From positions 272,195-336,194 of the forward strand of contig JAWQFM010000018.1 in the NCBI GenBank assembly GCA_033442325.1: a DNA stretch of 64,000 bases, written 5' to 3'. The stretch's first letter is position 1. Each line of letters starts with the position of its first letter. The stretch is from Salpingoeca rosetta (Eukaryota > Protista > Choanoflagellata). Below the pieces are notes generated by a model. That model had not been told where the DNA came from, ran no database searches, and saw only the letters and a list, made by a program, of their open reading frames with translations. The translations under genes and the position numbers were made by a program. Below are positions 17,901-31,900 of this stretch, piece by piece.

Positions 17901-19445
17901 GACATGAGGGAAAATCGCAGCCAAGCACACGCACACACAGACACACAGACAGAGACACACAGACAGAGACACACACACACACACAGACACACAGACACAC
18001 ACACACAGACACACACACACAGACACACACACACACATGCACACGCACACGCACACACCGAGTCATCGAGGGTTGTTTCTCCGCGATGGGTGATGTGGGA
18101 GATGTTGCTGAGCCCACTGCCTGTCGAGCTCCTACCGCCACCGCTGCCGCCACCACGGCGCCGCTGCTGCTGCTTCTTGTTGTGCATTGGAGTGCGATCA
18201 CGACCATCCTCGCGAGGGGACTTGAACACCTTCACGGGCGACGGTGGGTCCGAGGCCGCGCCCTCTCTTGGTGGCGTTGCTGTTGACGCCCCAGATACGC
18301 TCGACACGTTGGATACGGGAAGGCCACGAGGCTGGTGCTGGCGGCGGCGCCCATCGCGCGCGTGGCGCTGGTTGCCATTACGACCTTTGATGGCGGTGGC
18401 GGACGTGGTGGTGGGGTGTTTTGGTGCCGCGTTCTCCTGCTGCCTGTCCACGCTGGGCGCATTGCTGATGTCGGCCTTCCCGTTGACGAGCGGGGCAGCA
18501 GCAGCAGTAGTAGTAGTAGTAGCGACAATAGCGGGCTTGTCTTGGGTCACGGCGGGAACAGCACTCACGGATGTCAATGCCTCGTCCTTGTCATTGACGC
18601 CCCCTTGTGCGTGCTGTGGCGTTGGTGCACTGTCCTTTCTCTGCTGCTGTTTCTTCTGCTGCTGCGTCTGTGGTGCGGGTTTGCTTCCTCCCTTGCGCTG
18701 GTTGCCCTTGCCGTCACCCTGCTTCTGTTGCCGTTGGTGCTTCTGTTGCTTGTGTTGCATTGGCGTTGGCGTTGGCGTTGGGACTTGGGGTGTCGTTGAA
18801 GATGATGATGACGACGACGACACGGAGGCAGGCGTTGGAATCCCGCTGTTACGATAGCGGTTGCTGGTGCGGCGCGGAATCTGTGTGGCACCTGCAGCCG
18901 ATACCTTGCCTTCTTGCGGCTGCTGCTTCTTCTTCTGCTGCTGCTGCTTCTTCTTCTGCTGCTGCTGTTGCTGCTGCTTGTACGGCTGCGGCTGCGGCTC
19001 GGTGCGGATGTGGGTTTCCTGCGTGGGCGAGTCACGGCGCCCAAAGTCAAGCGCTCGCTTAAACAAGGGGATCGGGGCCGGGGTGCTCTGATCTGATCCT
19101 GGTCGACGGGCGTTGGAGGTGCCCTGCGGTGGTGTGCGCGCCTCCCCGTGCCTGCCTGTGTTGCCCGTCGCTGTTGTGGATCGATTGTGGCGACGGCGTG
19201 GGCTCTTGCCTGAAGCATGTGCGGCGGGCACCGCCGATGCCTGCTTCTTGGTGTTGCCCCGTGTGGGCGTGGATGGGTTGGATTGCTTGGACGGCTTCCC
19301 TTTGGTCTTGGGTCCCTTGTCCTTGCCTGGTCGTGTGGGTGTGGATGGTGCGGACGAGAACGGGCTTGCGGTGGCGGACAGGTCTGCCGCTGGCACGCGC
19401 GGAAGCGTGTCCAGGTTGTTCTCTTGTTGTTGCCGTCAGCGACAT
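14976..19445 (-). CDS. Large protein: disordered basic N-terminus, repetitive coiled coil, C-terminal transmembrane anchor (golgin-like architecture)
   Basis: Exons ~18057-19400, 17746-17822, 15231-17532 and a last exon ~14976-15050 ([24 protein letters not shown]). The true start is uncertain. Confidence 0.7.
15620..16950 (-). repeat. Coding tandem repeat of 54-nt and 42-nt modules
   Basis: Near-identical modules [54 protein letters not shown] and [14 protein letters not shown] in shuffled order. Confidence 0.9.
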
Positions 19446-19501
19446 GCTCGACCACGCCCGCCACTGGCAGGTAGGGTCTGTGTGTGTGTGTGTGAGTGAG
19501 T

Positions 19502-19599
<98 letters not shown>

Positions 19600-19696
19600 C
19601 TGCGTGTGGACAGATGCGCGGACAAGGTGTGTGTCCGAGGGTGTGTCCGAGGGTGTGTGTGTGTCTTTGTCAGTGTGACGGCCAGGCAATAAGGTC

Positions 19697-21087
19697 GTGC
19701 GTGTGAATGAGTCAACGGCAAAACAAGCAAGCAAGAAGGAAGAAGGAGGAAAAAAAAAAAAGGCAGCAGTGTGCGGACAGCAGCAACCACGACAACAGGT
19801 GCGCACAGCCGTGCACGCCGAGCTGAGTCAGGTCACACGCGAGCTGCAGCAAGCAAAGGAGCAGGGCAACGCAGGCCATGTGGATGGCGATGGTGATGGC
19901 GATGGTGATGGTGATGGTGGTGGTCGGCAGCAGACATCGGCAGCATCACCAGCAACAACCGCTTCAGCGGGCGCTGATGCTGTGACTGCTTGCGCGAAGC
20001 CCGAACAGCAAGAGCAAGAGCAGAAGCAAGAGCAAGAGCAAGAGCAAGAGCAGGAGCAACAACAAAGAGAGGCCGATGCAGAGCGGGTGGATGTGATGGA
20101 GGAGGGCGAGGGCGACTTGCGTGTGATTGCATTGGAGCACGACGGAGACCGCGTATCCATCAACAAGTTTCACCACGAGAAGCTTCGCCGCCTTTATGCA
20201 ATCCACTCCAAACAACACGTGGACGGCTGCCGGTATCACCAGCAGCAGGCGGCCGGCTCCTATGACACCCAGGAGGCGGCAGCGTCGCCGTGTGAATGCC
20301 CCGTTGACGAACAGCACTTTGCGCGGTGCTTGTATGTGCTGGCTCGCCGCTACAAAACGTTTATTGGCGATGAGGCAGAGGGTGGCGCCTTCCACGCCGC
20401 TGCCCCTGAAACCACGTTTGATACGCTCAGGGAGGACTTTGAAGTGTCGCAAGAGCAATTTGCTTCTCCCTTTAACTGCCACTTCCGCAAGGTTTGTGTC
20501 TGTCTGTCTGTCTGTGTGTCTGTGTGTGTGTGTGTGTGTTGTGTGTGTGTCTGTGTGTATGTGTGTGTGTTTGTGCATGTGTGTTTGTGCATGTGTGTTT
20601 GTGTATGTGTGTTTGTGTTTGTGTGTCTGTCTGTGAGTGTGTATATGTGTGTGTGTGCTTTGTTTCTTCTTCTTCGTCTTCTTCTGTTGCTGCTGCACCT
20701 CAATCGCACTCTCCGTATCTCTTGGAACCTGTGCGCATATTCACGTGCCTCACCTCGGTGCGACTCACATTTCTCCCTCCGTCCTGCTTCAAACCCAAAC
20801 CCCCACCTCCCCTCCTGCCATCCCTGCCCCCCCCCTCCCACCCATCCACGTGCCCAGTTCTGCTCTGCGTTCCCTGACATTGACGTGTGGTTTGGCTCTG
20901 TCGGCTCTTTCTTCGACTTCTCTCCCGTCGAGGGCTCCTTTGAGACGGGCCCGCCGTACACGGAAGAGGTGATGGATATGATGGCTGATCGCCTTGAGCA
21001 CCTGCTTGACAACAGCACCGGCCCGCTCTCCTTCATCGTCTTTGTCCCACAGTGGCGCTCTCCGGCATGCCACGCCCTCGTCTCCAT

Positions 21088-21142
<55 letters not shown>

Positions 21143-21920
21143 ATTTGTGTGTGGATTTGTCAGGATGTACTTTGATGTGCGTGTGTGTGTTGTTTGTGTT
21201 TGTGTTTGATGATGTCTTGCTTGCAGTGTGTATTGCACTGGTTTGTGGTGGCATGACACTGATTGCACCCTCACGCATCATGAATGTGCGTGTTTGTGAC
21301 AGGACAATTCCCGGTATCTCCGTGCACATTTCGTTGCTCCAGGGCATCAACACACCTACATCACAGGCGTGCAGGTCAGCATTGTGCACTCCACAACATG
21401 CACGCACGCACACGCACACACACACACACACTCACACACACACTCACACACACACACACTCTCTCCCTCTCTCACACAACAACAACAAAGCAAACCAAAC
21501 CACAACATACTCCTGTCAACCTCACCCTTTCGTGCCCCGCCACCCACCCATTCACAACAGCATACGGAAGGCGGCCAGGGCGGGCACCGCTACTACGTTG
21601 TTCCACATGGCACGGAGCTGTTTTTCCTGCAGAACGATGCGGCATATGCCAAGTGGCCGCCGACGCAGCACAAGATCAACCGCTTCAAGGCGTCTCTCGG
21701 CATCAAGGTGGACGCAGGGCCCTTCAAGTGCGAGCCCGACCTCGTGCCGCAGCGGCCAAAGACGAAGACAGCTGCCACTGTCAGCACTGGCCGTGCTGTT
21801 GTGGATAAGGGGCGGCATGACGATCGTGACGATGGTGACGGCGATGGTGATGATGATGATGATGATGATGATGATCACGGCGATCAGCCCTCGAAGCGGG
21901 CCAAGCGCTCCACACAATGA
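19697..21920 (+). CDS. PCIF1: PCIF1/CAPAM-family cap adenosine N6-methyltransferase homolog (start uncertain)
   Basis: [11 protein letters not shown]|[16 protein letters not shown]...[12 protein letters not shown]...[11 protein letters not shown]; exon 21303-21374 [24 protein letters not shown]; [11 protein letters not shown]. Collinear with the PCIF1 MTase domain. Confidence 0.85.
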
Positions 21921-21949
21921 CATGTGTGTGTGTGTGTGTCTGTGTGTCT

Positions 21950-21981
<32 letters not shown>

Positions 21982-22333
21982 CTGTGTGTGTGTGTCTGTG
22001 TGTCTGTGTGTCTGTGTGTCTGTGTGTCTGTGTGTCGGTGTGTGTGTGTGTCTGTGTGTGTGTGTGTGTCTGTGTCTGTGTGTGTTTTGCTGCCAAAGTT
22101 GTTTCCGTTGTTGAACAATCATGAAAGATTTTCTACAATTATCTGCAATCCACTGCCACCTCAACAACAACAGAAACGGCTGACGACAAAAGGACGTGAG
22201 AGAGGGAGGAGCGATCAGAGCATCCACTGCATGCATTACATTAACAACCCACCAGCTACATACCAGACACACACATACACACACACACACACACGTTCAT
22301 CTCCGTAAGTACAGGTTTGAGGAAACGACAAGC

Positions 22334-25286
<2,953 letters not shown>

Positions 25287-25615
25287 GCGTTCCCAACACA
25301 GCAACCAAGCCACTCAACGACGACGGAAGAAGAAGAAGAAGTGCGTCACCACAAAGGGGGGCGGAGCACATGTCACGCGTTGTCATGTCTCACACGTTGT
25401 CACACGTTGTCACACGTTATCACACGTGTCACAACACATCCAGATCTTGCGACGCATCCTCCCACAGCACATTTCCCGCTGTCCGACACCATAAAATTCT
25501 CTTTTGCTGACTCGGCAATTTTCGCTCTTGTGCGTCCACGTGCACTCACACGCGCACACACGCATTCACTCCATCTCCACACCACCACACATCACCAACA
25601 CAACCACACAACACG

Positions 25616-27150
25616 ATGGAGGGTGATGCGACGCCCACGCCCAAGGCGAAGAAGCGAGTCTCGCTCGCGATGAAGCCCGAGATCATCCCCAACACAAAGA
25701 CACAGTCATCAACATCAACCGCAAAGAGAATATCGGGCTCAGCCGAAGCGCCAGCGAAGAAATCAAAGTCCACAGACTCAGCAACAGCAGACCCAACAGC
25801 AACGACGAGCAAAGCCAAGAAGGCAAAGGGAAAGCAGGCAAAGGGGAAGAAGAAGAACAAGGCCAAGAAGCCCACGGGTCCAAAGGACATCCCCCTGCAC
25901 GTGCCCGATGACACACCACAAGAATCCCTCTTCGCAAGCAAACGCAAGAAGCAGAAGAAAAAGGCCAAGAAAGAGAAGGAGGAGACGTTGGACCCGGCAG
26001 CGCTGGCATCGGATATCGACCCTGCCCAGCTGCAGGTCGATTACGTGGACAACCGGCGGGGTCCGCGCCCAGGCGAGATTGCCAACAAGCTGCGACGAAA
26101 GGAGCTCTACAAGTCACAAAAGCACCAGAAGGAGAAGGACAAGAAGGCACGGCGAAGGCAGCGCGATATGCTTGAGAAGCAGTATGGCGACGCTGTCCCC
26201 AAGCCCAAGCCCAAGACCATCGAGTCCATGCGTGTCAGTGACGGCACAGAAATCGCCGCAGATGACGAAGAGGTGTGTTTTCTGGCACATGTGTGTATGC
26301 GTGTATGCATGTGTGTGTCTGCTTATGCATGCGCGTGTTTATGCATGTATGTGTGGTTGTGAGAACCTGTTTGTGATGATGTCGTGTTGAGTGCTGCTTT
26401 GTCAGCTGTGTATGCCTGGTGCTGCACATCAGCTCATAGTTTCTCTTGCTCTCCGTCTCATCATTGATGAAGGTACTTGGAGATGAGAGGAGCGATGAGT
26501 TTGCTTCCTATTTCCTCGGCAAAACGTCCAAGGTCCTCGTCACCCTCTCCACCAACCGCCCCTTCCAAGTGAGCTTGGCAGCATCTTGCGTTGTGCGCGC
26601 TTGCGCTTGCTTGGATGCGTGCTGCACTGCTTTTTACCATTGGACCCGCCAACACCAAGCCAACGGCCCGCCCTCGTGTTTTCTCACTCATTATTGTGTG
26701 CCATGTGTGATGCCCAACTGCAGAGAACGCTTAAGTTTGTTGAGGAGTTGATTAACATCATCCCTTCCGCCACCTACAGAAAACGAAACGTATGTATCGC
26801 AAAGCAAGGCAACAAGCACACTGGTCTTGCACACACACCCTCCTTCCCTGCCCATGCATGCTGATTCTCCTCTCTTCTCTTCCCTCAACGCTGGAATGAC
26901 GACATATACTACTCAACTCACTCTGAGACCTCCATACCTGGAGCGGGGTTGTTTGGTTGGGCGTTTGTGGCTGCTATTTGCTTGGTGCCTCCTGCTCTGT
27001 TCCTCCACACGCAGCCGTGTTGGAGGGATGGCGTGGGTGGTGCCGAGTGGCGGCTGCACGCGCACAGCCTTCAACCCTTTGTGAATGCGGAAGAACATGG
27101 TTCCTCTCACTGACCAGCAGCTCTCTTTGCATGCCCTTTCCTTGTTTTCT

Positions 27151-27245
<95 letters not shown>

Positions 27246-28432
27246 CACACACGCACGATACTCCCTCGTTTTCGTTGATTGGCTTCGCTTGGAATGACGA
27301 CATATACTACTCAACTCACTCTGAGACCTCCATACCTGGAGCGGGGTTTGGTTTGGCGTTTGTGGCTGCTATTTGCTTGGTGCCTCCTGCTCTGTTCCTC
27401 CACACGCAGCCGTGTTGGAGGGATGGCGTGGGTGGTGCCGAGTGGCGGCTGCACGCGCACAGCCTTCAACCCTTTGTGAATGCGGAAGAACATGGTTCCT
27501 CTCACTGACCTCAGAAGCCACCACTCCCTCGTTTTCCTCTTTCGTTTCTTTCCTCATTCTGTGCTACGTTCTATTCTCCATCATGTATCGTCTTCTCCAC
27601 CGTGCATCAACTTCTCCTCCTTATCCACACCACCACCACCACCACCATCACCATCACCGCGCACGCGCGATCTGACAACCTGCTTGTCTTTCATGATCAA
27701 CGAGTCAACCCCACTAACCTCACCCCTCGTGTTCGTGCGTGTCGTGCCCAGGGTTTCCCGCTCAAGACCATTGTGGAGCAGGCCTCTGCGCGCGGGTACA
27801 CGGCGCTGATTGTTGTGAACCAGAACATGCGGCGCGCCGAGTCCCTGGTCATGAGCCACCTCCCGTCGGGGCCCACCGCGCACTTTAAACTCTCCAGCGT
27901 TGTTTGGCCAAAGGACATCCACGGCACCGCAAAGGACACGGGCCACTTCCCCGAGGTGCTCACCACCAACTTCAATACGCGCCTCGGCAAGCAGGTGTCG
28001 CGCATGTTCCAGTCGCTCTTCCCGCAGCACCCGGAGTTTACCGGCCGCAGCGTCGTCACCTTCCACTGCCAGCGCGACTTTATCTTCTTCCGCAGGCACC
28101 GCTACATCTTCCGCGACACCAAGCGCGTCGGCCTCCAGGAGATTGGCCCGCAATTCACGGTGTGTGTGTGTGTGTGTGTGTGTGCGTTTGTTTGATTGTG
28201 TGTGTGTGTCATTCATGCCAGGTTCTGCTCGTTCCGGTTGTTGGTGAAAAGCAATGTCCTCACTCACTCACTCGCCCTCGCTTGTTTGCCCGCCACCATC
28301 ATGGCCACGTTTTGCACCAAACAGCTGAAACTGCAGTCGTTACAGCGTGGCACATTTGACACCAAGTACGGCGACTACGAGTTTGTCGCCAAGGCAGACA
28401 TGTACGTGGACCGCAAGAAGATGTACCTGTGA
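25616..28432 (+). CDS. RPF1: Ribosome production factor 1 (Brix domain)
   Basis: PKPKTIESMR, DEFASYF, SHLPSGPTAHFKLS, PEVLTTNFNTRLG, VTFHCQRDFIFFRRHRYIF, LQEIGPQFT|LKLQSLQRGTFD. Confidence 0.93.
26890..27118 (+). ncRNA. Putative long box C/D snoRNA/scaRNA, copy 1 (RPF1 intron)
   Basis: Terminal stem GCTGG/CCAGC; C-like ATGACGA 26896; D' CTGA 26923; C'-like ATGCGGA 27085; D CTGA 27110. Sense strand of a ribosome-biogenesis host intron. Confidence 0.65.
27156..27242 (+). repeat. (CT)n microsatellite between the two C/D copies
   Basis: Direct observation. Confidence 0.95.
27290..27510 (+). ncRNA. Putative long box C/D snoRNA/scaRNA, copy 2
   Basis: Near-identical to copy 1 (small indel/substitution in the GU-rich part). 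Identity starts just before box C (27294) and ends just after box D (27505). Confidence 0.6.
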
Positions 28433-28934
28433 GCGCATGCACGCTTGGCGCCCGTTTTGTGCCCAATGCGTGCTGCTGTGATATGCCTGATGAGACCCAT
28501 GATAATTAAACGACCCTCGACTACCCAACTCGACATAGCTGTTCAGTGAAAACGCCTTGACGGGAGAGAGTGTGCGTGTGTGTGTGCGTGTGTGCGGTTG
28601 TCATCGGTAGGATTTCCATTTGCACAGCCATGGGCCAACGACATTGATAAGACTGAAGAGGTCACATCACTTCCAGGCAACAACAACAACGGTCAATGAC
28701 TAGGCAGTGAAACGCGACACACAAACAGTCCACACCCAACGAGACACTCGCGAACACATCGGACTGCAAGCGCTCTTCTCCTTCCCTGCTTCCTTCCTTC
28801 CTTCCCCCTTGAGCTTGAATCACACGACACAAAGACACACGGGAACAGAACTCGCACCAATGGCAAGACCAAGACAAAGAAAGCGACAACATCACCACAT
28901 CGCTCCACAATGAGTTCAAACATCGCTTCAAAGT

Positions 28935-31900
28935 TCACATCATGGGCACATCAAATGCCATGGCGAACTCTTCAGCTTCTTGTTGTTCTTGTGGGAAACG
29001 CGATCGCGGTGGCAGCCACTGCGGATCACATGGTGGCAGCTCTTGGTCGAGAGGGTTTGGTCGAGACGACTGGCTGCGCCCTGTCCTTGTCCCTGGGGTG
29101 TTGGCAAAGCCAAAGAAGCTGCTCGCAGTCTGGGCTTGCCACGGTTCGAAGAACGGTGACGCCTGTGGCGATCGTGCCACTGGGAACATGCTGGGGCCGC
29201 TCGACCACCCCACACCTCCGCCCTGTATCGTGGCTGCTAGCTCTTTCAGAGCCAGGTTTGGCATTGGGTTGCGTGACCGCGACTTTGCCGTGGATGCAGC
29301 ACGCTCGCGCTGCCGCTGGTGCCGCTTGTTCTTGCGGTTGTTCATGCGGGTGCGATATGCACCCAGCACGGCGTGGTGCGTTGGGTCCACACGCTTTGCC
29401 CAGTACCTCAGCTGTGCGTATCGGTCTGTCGTCAGCCTTCGGTCCCGCAGCATCTTCTCCTTGTCACGTGGGCTGGCAGCCATAAATGCAGCCATGTACG
29501 CACCATACTCTTCATACACCCTTGGTGGCGGTGGGAAGGCCCTGCAGTGCCGCGTGCGCCGCCGCTTGTGCTGGCGCTGCTGCAGTCCGCCATGCTCGTT
29601 CGACGGCCAGGATGCAGATGATGATGACGATGACGATGATGACGAAGACGTGCGTAACAGGGGCCGCCACGCTGTGCTGTCGAGAGTACTGCTGCCTGTG
29701 GTCAAGGAGGTGGGGCCTTGTGTCGTTGAAGCAGATGACGAGAAAGAGAATGAAGTTGTGGGGAAGCGGGAGGACGCGGAAGAAGACGTGAAAGGAAGAT
29801 TCGTGGCGGTGGAGTCTCTGACACATCTCGCAGATGAATACGTGGACCTCGGTGGTTGTGGGTGGGCCCAGTCGGGGTTTGCGACACGCGAGGCCGCAGG
29901 CGACACACCATCAAGGGGTGGCTGTTGTTGAAATTGCGCCGGTGCACTCGTCGTCGTGGCTGTCGCCCTTGGTGTTTCGGATCGGACCTGACAAAGTTGA
30001 ATTGGAAGGTGGGACGACGTTGTGGTTGCGCAAGCGATGGGGGCAGAGGCGAGGGTAGTTGTCGTTGCTCGTCGTGACGGGGCTGGCGTTTGAATCAAAG
30101 CGGAGGCGTTGGTGGGCATGGGTTCTGGCATCACGCTCGTGCTCGTGAATGTTGTGGCTGAAGGTGGCGCGATCGTCTCAGGCTGTGAGACAGGACCAAA
30201 AAGCTGCGCACGCGCGTCGCTGTTGTTATAGTCAGGCTGCTTGCACATCGTACCGCTGTCAAAGAGGAAGCTCTGGATGTCATCACAGGCCGGCCAGTCA
30301 AGTTGGCCGCTGAAATCATCGTATGGCTGGGTGCCTGTGCCGTGCATGGCAGCAGCAGAGAGGGCATTTGACTCGGTGCGCTGCGCTGGCGCCGGCAACT
30401 CACGTGGTGGTGGTGGACTCTGACCCATGATGCTTGCTGTTTGAGCTGCCGCATTTGTTGCAGGCTCAACCGGAGGAGTTGCCACACCACTGCCTGCCGT
30501 GTCAGTGGTGTTGTACAGGCTGTCGATGGTGATGAGTGGCTGCAGATAGTCAGTTGTGTCATTGAAACTGGTGAACGGGTACTGTGGCTGGTGCTGATGT
30601 GGCTGCTGGTGCTGCTGTGGCTGGCGATGGTTGTGCAGGTCATCCACACCAACCTCATCAGGCCAGTCTTCCCAGAAACCAGAATCACTGATCTTCCTCC
30701 TGTGTTCATGGCCACGGTACTGTTGCCTGTGCTGTATCGACTGTCGTTGCTGCAGGTCTTGTTGCAGATCTTGCTGCACATCGACTTCGGCTTGAAAGTG
30801 TTGGGTGTGGGGCAACACTGGTGCGACAGAAACAACTGGCATGCTGGGCACGGTCCATGTGGAAACCAGCTCGCGCACCAAAGACGAGAGCCCTCCCAAC
30901 TTGGCACAGCCGTTGCTGGCCAGCGCCGTGCTTTCAGTGGTGCTGTTCTTGTCCCGATTCTTGTCGCCGGTGAGCTTCAGCGACGACGACACAAAGAGGA
31001 TGGTGTCTTCCCAGCAGGATGTCAAGGACTGTTTTGACCGTTGCAGGGTGCGGGTGAACCGCGTCGATGCCTCGCGGTAAACGGTGGACAGGGCGTTGAA
31101 CTGCGGCCACAGGACGGTGGAGAGGGACATGTGCTGGGGTGATGGGCCAGTGAACAAAGGCTGATATGCCTCACTTCCCTGCTCCTGCTGCTGTGTTGGT
31201 TGCCTTCTGTGACTGTGTGGAGTGTCGTCTTCGCAGTCGGGCTCAGGGGAAATGCCACCAACACCGGCATCCTGAGCATCAGCCACACCAACCACCGTTA
31301 CAGCCTCCAAGGGATTGTCCTTGTCCTCCTCCTCTTGATGAGTCAGCAACATGCATGACTGGCTCTGGAGGACGGTGCGAGCTGCGCGCAGAAGATGTGA
31401 ACTTGACACACCATCACCGCGATAATGCGAACGTTCTTCAAGGTGTCCGCGATTCTTGTCGACAACATTCACTGTGGTTTTGGTGTGTCCTCTGTCCTCG
31501 CCTGCGTGTTGGGAGTGAGCGCGCTGATGTGCAAACTCTGACTGAACGTCGTCGACACAGCCAGCGACGCCACGGCAGTCCTCAACACAAGCCGACTTGG
31601 AGGAGGAGATGTTCTCATACCAGTCAATACAACAAGCCTCTTGATGCAGAGACCATTTGCCTGCAGGCAGCTCAACAGCTTCAACTGCCACCAAAGTATG
31701 AGCTTTAGCAGCTTTGACTGCGTCTTTCACTGTCGGTGTCTGCTCTGCAAACGTTGGCTCATTCATAAGCCCAGCACAGCAACCATGCTTGATATCCGCG
31801 AAGCCAGGCCAAGTGTCATGAGTATTGTTCTTCTTCTTCTTGGTGCACGAAATGCCATTGCTGCTGGATGTCGCCTTGTTCTTGGCAGTTCTGTTGGCAG

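Noticed and set aside
26890-27510. Duplicated element as U3/U6 snRNA, an LTR pair or an assembly duplication
   Set aside because: No U3 box A or U6 ACAGAGA core; no TG...CA ends or internal ORF; the copies differ internally and in their flanks.
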